DNA from: Bacteroidota bacterium
Lineage (GTDB): Bacteria; Bacteroidota; Ignavibacteria; Kapaibacteriales; Kapaibacteriaceae
Length of the DNA: 40,416 bases
NCBI GenBank assembly: GCA_041157865.1
Contig: JBEBCJ010000167.1
Span: 1 to 40,416, forward strand
Reading direction: 5' to 3'
Below, in pieces: positions 9,937-18,196 of the stretch. The notes under the pieces were generated by a model. That model did not search any database, was not told the origin of the DNA, and was given only the letters and a program-made list of their open reading frames with translations. Position 1 is the stretch's first letter. Every line of letters starts with the position of its first letter. The translations under genes and the position numbers were made by a program.

Positions 9937-11381
9937 TCTTCTGCAGCAACAGCGCTGGCTCGACCGCGTTCGTCGAAGGCCTGCACGCGAAATGTAAAAG
10001 GTCTTTCTTGGTCTTTGCGTGAGACCTCGAAAACCTCGATCCACGATACAGTTGGACGCTGATTATCTGCCGGACGTAGGAAGCCCGACAGACGCCTCAG
10101 ATTGACGGCATTGCCATCGATGATCTTGAGAGTAGGTCTGTTGGAGCCCCGTTCAGCAGCAAAAAACTGAACAACGACATTCTTCACATTCACGTCGCTG
10201 CCACGGCGAATCTCGCGCACCACTGGCGGCGGGAACGAACGCACGAGGATCTTTTCCGAATAATCTACTTGATTGTCGATGTACCGTTCGAACAGCAGCA
10301 CTTTTCCTGTATCAACATTCGAGGGCTTGTATCGCAGCATCCCATTTGATGCATAAGCCACTTCCCTATCGCCATCCCGCAGAACGGCCTTAGCTGCCTC
10401 GACCGACGGCAAGAGTGGGTCGATCTGAAACTCGACACCCGCATAGACAGCATCGGGGATCTTCGGTGTTGCAGTTACAACCGTCTGCACCGAAAATGTT
10501 GCGCGTGCCTGCTTGCCATCTGTTCGCGTGGCCGTTACTTCTACAACAGATGTGCCATTGAGTGGTGCCTTACCCTTGATGATTAGGGTGCGCTGTTCAA
10601 AGTACCGAATAACATCAACCATTTGTCCGCTAACGACACGTACACTCGGCAATTGAATCAAGTCTCGGCTTGGATCTGCACCGCCGACACTTACCCTGGT
10701 TACCCACTCTCTTCCTGCAGCAGCCATGATCGTTGGTCGCGACGGCTCGATCCAGAATTCGGCACTGAGCTGCTCGCCAAATTGCCGTGCCGACGTATCC
10801 CTCATGATCAAGGTGTCTGTACCTCCGCCAAGCAAAACAATCTGCGGCGGCAGCTGATCGTTCACAACTGTCGTAAGAACGAACTGCGTACTTCCCAGCG
10901 CTGGTGTAGAGCGCGTCTGGTCGCCTTGCGGGATGCCGCTTACCTGCAGTGTAACTCGAAACGTCTTCGACGTCATTGTTGTAACTGGCGGTCTCCATGC
11001 AAACGTAATGATACCTCGTTCAGGTACAGCGGTAAGTGAAGCAAACTGTGCGCCGTTCGATGATGAGTCGTCGATGGAGAGAATCTGACCCGTTTCGATG
11101 TCTTCGATTGTTGCTCGTACCCGCATTGCGGAGAGCGCCGGCGAATACCTGATCGTGTTGATGGTATCGTTGGAGAGGACATTGATTGGCCCACCCGAAT
11201 CGCGTTCGATCTTGCACTCGAGACGGATCTTTTCAGGATAGAGCTCGATGAGCTTCTGCCCTGCATCGGCACCGGCATTCCTCAAACCCATGTCGCGATC
11301 CGGCATAAGAAGCACCAGTGCTACAAGGTAGAGCACAAAATAGATTTCCACGCTCTTGCGCCGTTTAGCTGCCTTTGCCAT
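9933..11381 (-). CDS. Single-pass membrane protein with a large beta-rich periplasmic region; GldM/PorM-like
   Basis: From ATG 11381: MAKAAKRRKSVEIYFVLYLVALVLLMP, a basic stretch plus one TM containing YLV, resembling the GldM N-terminus (RQKMINLMYLV). 482 aa; overlaps the upstream GldL-like gene by 17 nt. The CDS is solid; the family call is tentative. Confidence 0.6.
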   Translation of the reverse strand: MAKAAKRRKSVEIYFVLYLVALVLLMPDRDMGLRNAGADAGQKLIELYPEKIRLECKIERDSGGPINVLSNDTINTIRYSPALSAMRVRATIEDIETGQILSIDDSSSNGAQFASLTAVPERGIITFAWRPPVTTMTSKTFRVTLQVSGIPQGDQTRSTPALGSTQFVLTTVVNDQLPPQIVLLGGGTDTLIMRDTSARQFGEQLSAEFWIEPSRPTIMAAAGREWVTRVSVGGADPSRDLIQLPSVRVVSGQMVDVIRYFEQRTLIIKGKAPLNGTSVVEVTATRTDGKQARATFSVQTVVTATPKIPDAVYAGVEFQIDPLLPSVEAAKAVLRDGDREVAYASNGMLRYKPSNVDTGKVLLFERYIDNQVDYSEKILVRSFPPPVVREIRRGSDVNVKNVVVQFFAAERGSNRPTLKIIDGNAVNLRRLSGFLRPADNQRPTVSWIEVFEVSRKDQERPFTFRVQAFDERGRASAVAAED

Positions 11382-12210
11382 CCCGTTCAACGATATTGCG
11401 TGATAGCAATTTCTCAAGCTCTATTCGCACGAGTCGCTCAACTTCCTGACGCTCAACAGCCTGAAGCCGCTCGCCAAGAGTATTCACGCTGCTGGTGAAC
11501 AAGCTTAGCGCATTCGTGGTCTGCGTCATAGCTCCCATTAATGCGGGATTTGGTGCCACGGCCTGCACGGCTGCATCTACGCTTGTCTGCATGCTTTGCG
11601 ACATCTCGTGCTGACGCTCAACAACATCCTGCAGCGTTCCTGCGATTGCTTCCAGTTGAACTGCCATGGCAGCATAATCTCTGCTTATCTCGCCAAGCTC
11701 GCGAAGAAGTTCGCGCGACACATCATCCTGTGCCCCCTCGGCAGACATTACGTCATCATCGGGGGGGGTAAAGAACATCACAGCAAAGAGAAGCACCAAA
11801 AGCGATGCCTCAACTATGATGGCCGCAACAACAACACCCGGCGAGTCAATGATCTTTGTTCTGTTGAGTCCAATGGCCACCAACAAAAACGCTGCACCTA
11901 TGTATACAAATGCATTGATGGCAGAGTAGAAATACCTATTCACGATCTCCTGCATCCATAATCCTGTGCCGGACCAGACACCCAAAGGATGAAGGACGGT
12001 TACATCGCGGTTGATCGTACGAAACAGATCTCGTTCCTGTGTACAGATACGCCACATCAGACCGAGGGCGGCAAGCGCCCCCAGGTGCTTTTCAAAACGC
12101 AGATCCCGGTAGATATCACGAAGCAATGCCCTGCCCGGAGGGGTTGCAAGTGTCTCGTAGGTTACCATAACTCCATCATGCGAAAGATTCGATGCTCCAA
12201 TGATACGCAA
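11365..12210 (-). CDS. Two-TM inner-membrane protein with a coiled-coil tail; GldL/PorL-like
   Basis: TM1 INAFVYIGAAFLLVAIGL and TM2 AAIIVEASLLVLLFAVMFFTPP, with an intramembrane Glu, resemble GldL N..Y..GAA / TEA..F..P; long heptad-rich C-terminus. Start uncertain (TTG 12210 or ATG 12168). Confidence 0.65.
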   Translation of the reverse strand: MRIIGASNLSHDGVMVTYETLATPPGRALLRDIYRDLRFEKHLGALAALGLMWRICTQERDLFRTINRDVTVLHPLGVWSGTGLWMQEIVNRYFYSAINAFVYIGAAFLLVAIGLNRTKIIDSPGVVVAAIIVEASLLVLLFAVMFFTPPDDDVMSAEGAQDDVSRELLRELGEISRDYAAMAVQLEAIAGTLQDVVERQHEMSQSMQTSVDAAVQAVAPNPALMGAMTQTTNALSLFTSSVNTLGERLQAVERQEVERLVRIELEKLLSRNIVERDGKGS

Positions 12211-12296
12211 TAGCGCTGGTTGTCCCTTGTCTATCCGGCCATTGTGTCGTATTCTCGCCCCTTCTATACACCAATTTCGTTCGTTTGGAGAACCGT

Positions 12297-15200
12297 ATGA
12301 TCCTCTCCAGGATGGTTACCTCATTTGCATTGCTTATCTGCCTGGCCTTTTCTGCACAGAATGGCATTTCGCAGTCTACACCTCGCCCCCTTCAACGAGG
12401 TGCGCAGAGCCTAATCTACTTCGAGAAGAACGTCGGACAGGCACATTATGAAGGGGGCCGGCAGGAAACCTCCGTCGATGCCGTTGTTAGGGTAGGTGGC
12501 ACTGTTGCATACATTCACCCTAGGGGCCTGCATATGGCTCAGGTGCGGATGTATGCATCTGAGATACACAGCAAGAATGATCCGGACTACGAGATGGACA
12601 GATTTCGCGTGGACATGGAGCTTATCGGCAGCAACCCGGCTGCTCGGTCTGAGTTCGGTGAGCAACTCCCTGGCCTTGTGCGCTATATCAATGAGCACAC
12701 CGGTATCACGGGCCTTGAAGCTCCAAGGTTCCGCTCTATCACATACCGAGAGGTGTATCCGAAGATTGATCTTCGCATGTACCTTACCACTGCTGGCGTT
12801 AAGTACGATTTCATCGTGCATCCCGGTGGAGATCCCTCTCAAATCGCCATGATGTACAAGGGCGGCAGCGCGCCGGCATTGAACGAGGCAGGAGGCATCG
12901 ACATCGCAACCCCTCTGGGAGAGCTTGGAGAGCAGGCACCGGTTGTGTTCACAAAGAACGCGGCTGGAGATTTTCATTCCATGGTTAAAGCATCGTTCCT
13001 AACCTCGGGACACTCAGTACGCTTTGACATTGGTAGCTACGATCGCACAAAAACACTGGTTGTAGATCCACAGCGGTTGTGGGCAACCTACATCGGCGGC
13101 TCGCTGTCGCTATATACGGCCATCAATGGCACCTCGCCCACATCTCTGCGTACCACCTTTGATTCGACAGGCAACACAATTCTTGCCGGCACGACGTATG
13201 CAACCGACATGCCGAATGTCGCTGGCGTCTTGCAGCGTCGTCTCAAAGGCCGCATGGATTGCTTTATCGCAAAGTTCAGTGAATCTGGCACGTTCCAGTG
13301 GCACACGTATTACGGTGGATCCCTTGAGGATATTCTGCACGATGTAACCGCCGATCCCGCTGGCAACATCTGGGCGTGCGGACAGACGAAGTCGCGTAAT
13401 CTTCCCGACACACTCTTTGTCGGAAGTAACGAAGAGCTTCAGGCATGGGCATTTGACGCATCAGGAAAACGTATCGACTCCATTGCCTTTGTTGCTGGAT
13501 TTGTTCTCAAGCTCCAGCCAGATGGCAAATGGGGCGACAGCTGGAAGGTTGACGATCGAGAAAACGACATCGTCACAGGTATTGCCGTAACAAAGGACAA
13601 GATCGCCATAGTCGGCTCTACGAACAGTCCACTTCTCGGCCGCATGAATGGTGACGGTGGTTTTAAGAAGGACACCGCGATCTTCTCGAAGAACTATGAC
13701 ATCTTCCTTGCTGTCTTCAAGCTCAATCCACAAGGGCGCTGGGTGCGCAACTACCATGTATTCTATGGTGGTGGCGGGATGGACTACGGTGGCAAAGTTG
13801 GTGTTGATACCGAAGGCAACATCGTCTTCAGCGGTCTCACGCAGTCAACCAATTTCCCAGTTACCGACGGATCCACGCGCAAGGGAGACGACGACAACGT
13901 GATTGTGAAATTCGGTCCAACGCCAACGCGCATCTGGGCCACACAGTACGGCAGCACAGGTCAAGATCAGATCTGCGATCTTTCATTGGACGGAACAAAC
14001 GCAGTTGTTGTTGTGGGATATACATTTGGCACTGACTTCCCTACTACGGCTGGTGCGCTTATGACGGCCAGGGGTGGACCAACCGACGGTTATGTGCGTA
14101 AACATAACGCGAATGGTGTTGTACAATGGTCTACATACTACGGCGGAGACTCGGTAGACTATGTCTATGGAGTTGCAACAGACAAGAACAACAACATTTG
14201 GGTTTCAGGCTCTACATATGGATCGCCAAACATCCCCTTGACCGCTGATGCCATGCAGAACACACCAAATACGGCCGCTGGCTTTGTTCTCAAAGATGGA
14301 TTCATCGGCAAGCTCGATTCTACTGGTAGGAAGGTGCTGTACGGTTCATTCTACGCAGCTCCGGCACAGAATACACTTCCAGTTATTGATCGCGCCAACC
14401 CAACACCAATTCCGCCGAATACCGATTTTGGTGCTGACGATGCCGTAGATATTGCATGCGATCGCAGCGCCTATGTGGCAGTGGCAACTATGGCCGAAAC
14501 ATTCCGCATGGTTACAACGCCGGGTGCATTCCAAGATTCATCGACGCTGTACAAGGACACTACCCGCATACATCCATTTGTATCCTACTTAACGCAGTGC
14601 AAGGATTCCGTCATTAGCATTATCCCTAACGGGCCGGCAACGCTGTGTGATGTTGATGCCAGACAACTGCTTGCTCCAAATGGTTTTGCCCGCTACCAGT
14701 GGTCTACGGGCGAGAGCACTCGAGTAATTACCGTTCGAGACACTGGATCATATATCGTGCTGTGCACAACAGCAGAAGGCTGTCGATATCGCGACACCAT
14801 CTTCATTGGACGTAATCCCCGACCGAGCGTTGTGGCCAGCAGGGATACGAACCTCTGCAACAAATCATCGATACAGATAAACTCGGTAGCATCAGGGGGT
14901 AAACCACCGTACAAGTACAAATGGAATCGGATTGAAACAGGTGTTGAATTCATCGACAACGACACGATCCCAAATCCATTTGTCAATCCGGGCTCTACAT
15001 CACGGTATGAAATCACGGTAACCGACAGCAATGGATGCGCTGCCCGCGACACCGTCCTTGTGAAGGTTATAGACCCACGGCCGATTGTTTCTCCTTCGTC
15101 AATTGACTTCGGATCGCTTGATGCCTGCACGTCTACGGCAGAGCAGGATGTAACCGTGAACAATCCACACGATTACGAGATTCGTATTACCGGCATGACG

Positions 15201-17312
15201 CCTGACGATCCACGCCTGAGTTTGGTCACCAACCTTGCAGGGGGCATTGCAGTCCCGCCAAAGGGTTCAGTCAACATTCGCATCAGCATCACTGCCTCCA
15301 CATCCGGTCTTACGACAGGATCGTTCAACGTAACAGGTACCCCATGTTCGTGGACTGCGCGTTCAACCTACAGTGTAACCAAGGCAGCAGTTACAGCAGT
15401 GGTCGTGCCAAGCACACTATCGTTTGGTGCGTCTGTCGAGTGTGAGACCACGCCAAGAACTGACACGGTGGTCATACGTAATCGTGGCATCGAGCCATTG
15501 GTTGTTAAGCCGGGCATCATTGCAGCTCCGTACTCGATCATTTCGCCAACAACAGAGATCACAATTCAACCCGGACAGGACGCAACGGTCAGGTTCCAGT
15601 ACACTCCAGCTGTTGGTATCTACAGTTCCGAGGCCAAGTTTGCATACACATCTGGAGCATGTAAAGACACTCTGCGTGTTAAGCTAAACGCCGTAACGTC
15701 CTCCATTACGGTGGTTGCAAATGCTGCGAATCTCAATGTCGGTACGCTCTCGGGGTGCGACAACCAGAGGGATACTGTCATTACTCTCACAAACAATTCA
15801 GATGTTGCTGTAAAGGTCACGCTGCCGAGCGATCCTGAGATTGTTTACACGCCGTCGGGTGTGGTTGATATAGGCGCAAAAGCGTCCGTCGAGATTCAAG
15901 TCTCGATCCGTCCGGGTGCAACTGGCGTTTTTGCAAAAAGCAGTGTGTTGGCTGTTGAGCCGTGTGCAAAGACTCTGACAGTGACCTACTCGGCACAAAA
16001 GAACGGCGTTGCATTTACGACTCCTTCGTCAATCGATTTTGGCGAATTCTCTGCATGTGCGCCGTCGCCAAGCACCACACGCACTGCGTCATTGTCGTTC
16101 GATGGTACTGGCAGTGCCTCTATCAAGAGCGTATCGGCAGGGCCTACATTGTCGGCTACGTTATCGCAAGGCCAGCCGCTTACGCCGGGTACGCCCCTAG
16201 CATTCAACGTAACATGGACACCAGCTGCCGAGGGTCTACTCAGCGACAGCATTGTGATTGTGTTCGAACCGTGTGATGTGCGACGCGTCATACGTGTGAC
16301 AGGTTCACGAACTCGTCCAGCATTGCGTGCAGATAACCCACTAACGTCGCTTGGTACGATTTCAGGAACAGCTAACGGCACTGTGCGGTATACTAATACC
16401 GGATCCGACACTCTGGTCGTTGGACTGCGCTCTTCAACTGGTACTGCTGTTACAGGAACACGTCCACCAAATTTCTCGGTACTGCTTCCGGGAGCGCAGG
16501 TAGAAATCGACTTCACCACAGGATGTGATACGCGTGTCGCAGTATCCGACACCATTTATGCTGTTGCAGCTGGTTCATGTCTGACGGACGTGGCATCTGT
16601 GATAACAGGAACATGCGAACAGACCACGAAGGTCTCAACCAACATCGTGATTGATTCAGTTGCCGTCAAGGTTGGCGACCTTGTCGTAGTTCCAGTACGC
16701 ATCGTTTCATCTTCGGGCCTAAATGCTTCAAAGGCTAAGACATGGTCTGCCAAGATTACCTACGATCCGATGGTTGTAGTTGGGCGCGGCAACACCCCGG
16801 ATTGCTACGTGCCTGCAGGAACAGGAACATGTACATCACAGATCAGTGGTGTGCGCGGCAACGATACTACAGGCGTGCTGTTTGCTCTGAATTTCACGGC
16901 GATCCTGGGAACAGCCTCAACGTCATCTTTGGTGATCAGCGACTTCGTCTGGGCAGAAGCTTCCGGCGCTTCGATAACCTCTGCTCCGGGCAAGGTCACC
17001 ATCACAGACATCTGTCAGGAAGGGGGCTCGCGTCTCCTCAAGCCACGCACATCGGGAGTGCGGCTTCACGTGTATCCAACTCCAGCTTCAAACGACCTAA
17101 CAATTGATGCTGCAGGCATGGGTAGCGATGTTCTAATGTGGATGATCACATCATCGCTTGGTCAGGAGGTTGCGCAAGGTCAAGCTACGCCTGATGCTGG
17201 AGGCATTCTGAAAGAGAGTATCGATGTACGTTCCCTCCCGTCAGGAGTATACGTTTTATCGATCGCTGCTCGCGGCGAAACGTCCCACACAACTGTTTTC
17301 ATTCAACGCTAA
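12297..17312 (+). CDS. Large secreted surface protein: SBBP beta-propeller, Ig/ASH (choice-of-anchor-D-like) repeats, cohesin-like domain, T9SS CTD (~1671 aa)
   Basis: Signal peptide; FEKNVGQ..ITYREVYPKIDL..KYDFIVHPGGDPSQI domain; W.TYYGG...D propeller repeats; about five (I/L)(D/S/N)(F/V)G...C...N...PC Ig repeats; VPVRI..ITYDP..LNFTAILG cohesin-like domain; CTD VYPTP...SLGQEV...LPSGVYVL. GGAG lies before ATG 12297. Confidence 0.88.
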   Translation: MILSRMVTSFALLICLAFSAQNGISQSTPRPLQRGAQSLIYFEKNVGQAHYEGGRQETSVDAVVRVGGTVAYIHPRGLHMAQVRMYASEIHSKNDPDYEMDRFRVDMELIGSNPAARSEFGEQLPGLVRYINEHTGITGLEAPRFRSITYREVYPKIDLRMYLTTAGVKYDFIVHPGGDPSQIAMMYKGGSAPALNEAGGIDIATPLGELGEQAPVVFTKNAAGDFHSMVKASFLTSGHSVRFDIGSYDRTKTLVVDPQRLWATYIGGSLSLYTAINGTSPTSLRTTFDSTGNTILAGTTYATDMPNVAGVLQRRLKGRMDCFIAKFSESGTFQWHTYYGGSLEDILHDVTADPAGNIWACGQTKSRNLPDTLFVGSNEELQAWAFDASGKRIDSIAFVAGFVLKLQPDGKWGDSWKVDDRENDIVTGIAVTKDKIAIVGSTNSPLLGRMNGDGGFKKDTAIFSKNYDIFLAVFKLNPQGRWVRNYHVFYGGGGMDYGGKVGVDTEGNIVFSGLTQSTNFPVTDGSTRKGDDDNVIVKFGPTPTRIWATQYGSTGQDQICDLSLDGTNAVVVVGYTFGTDFPTTAGALMTARGGPTDGYVRKHNANGVVQWSTYYGGDSVDYVYGVATDKNNNIWVSGSTYGSPNIPLTADAMQNTPNTAAGFVLKDGFIGKLDSTGRKVLYGSFYAAPAQNTLPVIDRANPTPIPPNTDFGADDAVDIACDRSAYVAVATMAETFRMVTTPGAFQDSSTLYKDTTRIHPFVSYLTQCKDSVISIIPNGPATLCDVDARQLLAPNGFARYQWSTGESTRVITVRDTGSYIVLCTTAEGCRYRDTIFIGRNPRPSVVASRDTNLCNKSSIQINSVASGGKPPYKYKWNRIETGVEFIDNDTIPNPFVNPGSTSRYEITVTDSNGCAARDTVLVKVIDPRPIVSPSSIDFGSLDACTSTAEQDVTVNNPHDYEIRITGMTPDDPRLSLVTNLAGGIAVPPKGSVNIRISITASTSGLTTGSFNVTGTPCSWTARSTYSVTKAAVTAVVVPSTLSFGASVECETTPRTDTVVIRNRGIEPLVVKPGIIAAPYSIISPTTEITIQPGQDATVRFQYTPAVGIYSSEAKFAYTSGACKDTLRVKLNAVTSSITVVANAANLNVGTLSGCDNQRDTVITLTNNSDVAVKVTLPSDPEIVYTPSGVVDIGAKASVEIQVSIRPGATGVFAKSSVLAVEPCAKTLTVTYSAQKNGVAFTTPSSIDFGEFSACAPSPSTTRTASLSFDGTGSASIKSVSAGPTLSATLSQGQPLTPGTPLAFNVTWTPAAEGLLSDSIVIVFEPCDVRRVIRVTGSRTRPALRADNPLTSLGTISGTANGTVRYTNTGSDTLVVGLRSSTGTAVTGTRPPNFSVLLPGAQVEIDFTTGCDTRVAVSDTIYAVAAGSCLTDVASVITGTCEQTTKVSTNIVIDSVAVKVGDLVVVPVRIVSSSGLNASKAKTWSAKITYDPMVVVGRGNTPDCYVPAGTGTCTSQISGVRGNDTTGVLFALNFTAILGTASTSSLVISDFVWAEASGASITSAPGKVTITDICQEGGSRLLKPRTSGVRLHVYPTPASNDLTIDAAGMGSDVLMWMITSSLGQEVAQGQATPDAGGILKESIDVRSLPSGVYVLSIAARGETSHTTVFIQR

Positions 17313-17330
17313 TCGAAGAGGAAGACTACT

Positions 17331-18185
17331 ATGAACACGAGCACAACCCTCCGTCGATATGCGTCGGTCATCATCATAATGTTCTCTGCGAGTTTGGCGC
17401 TGATGGCTCAGGAGACTCTCTCAAAACAAAAGCCCAAACCCAAACCTGAACCCGAGGCACCCAAGCCGTCCATGGTAGAAAAGCGCACGCTTTCTGTTGG
17501 CCTCACGGTGCTGCTGGCGCCAATGATTGGCAATGGTGTAGAGAGCGGATTTCGGTTCCCAACCGTACCATCGTGCTGCCCTGGTTATGAGGGCACATCC
17601 GGTTCCGGTGTTATGGTCGGTGCTGAATTGCTGATGCCACTTTCGGCAGGACTCGAGTTTGGAGCTCGGGTAGTATATCAGAGCTCGAGTGCGAACTTCA
17701 CTGCAAATGAGCCAATCACGGTGCGTGTGGGCAACAATGCCGTTAGCTCATCAATCCAGCACGGTCTCAACACAAGTGTCGGTGCGTTATTTGTCGAGCC
17801 AACTATCAACTACGAAATCACTCATGGAGTCTTCGTCACGGGAGGACTGCGTCTCGGCACGATCCTGAGCGGCACGTACGACCAAACAGAAAAGCTGGCA
17901 GACCCAACGCTCCCGTACGACTTTAGCAATGGCAGTGCTCTCTGGAATACTTCTGATGGCAGCATTCCAAACACGAGCGGTTTTCAGTTCGGTGCTGTTG
18001 TCGGTATTAGAACAGCAGTTGCATTCGGCAGCAGCCTAACCATCATGCCGGAAGTTTCGTACGCACCAATGTTCACAAGTGTGGTCTCGGATGCAACATG
18101 GACGGCCTCGCCGCTGCGCGTTGGCGTAGATGTTTTGATGAACATTACTAAACTCGAGGCCGTTTCTACACCAATCGCACCGTAA
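17331..18185 (+). CDS. Outer-membrane beta-barrel protein (small, about 8 strands) with a CC-motif loop
   Basis: Signal peptide, Lys/Pro-rich linker, alternating amphipathic strands, PSCCPGYEG loop; homologous to the N-terminal domain of 36894..39026; 18 nt downstream of the large secreted protein. Confidence 0.75.
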   Translation: MNTSTTLRRYASVIIIMFSASLALMAQETLSKQKPKPKPEPEAPKPSMVEKRTLSVGLTVLLAPMIGNGVESGFRFPTVPSCCPGYEGTSGSGVMVGAELLMPLSAGLEFGARVVYQSSSANFTANEPITVRVGNNAVSSSIQHGLNTSVGALFVEPTINYEITHGVFVTGGLRLGTILSGTYDQTEKLADPTLPYDFSNGSALWNTSDGSIPNTSGFQFGAVVGIRTAVAFGSSLTIMPEVSYAPMFTSVVSDATWTASPLRVGVDVLMNITKLEAVSTPIAP

Positions 18186-18190
18186 GTTTG
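18183..18190 (+). promoter_or_regulatory. -7 promoter box for prfC, overlapping the upstream stop codon
   Basis: TAAGTTTG, 6 nt before ATG 18197. Confidence 0.5.
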
Positions 18191-18196
18191 TTGGCT

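Noticed and set aside
16640-17010. Cohesin-like domain as evidence of a cellulosome
   Set aside because: No dockerins or secreted glycoside hydrolases are seen in the window; single cohesin-like beta-sandwiches occur in many surface proteins, and the fold call is itself tentative.
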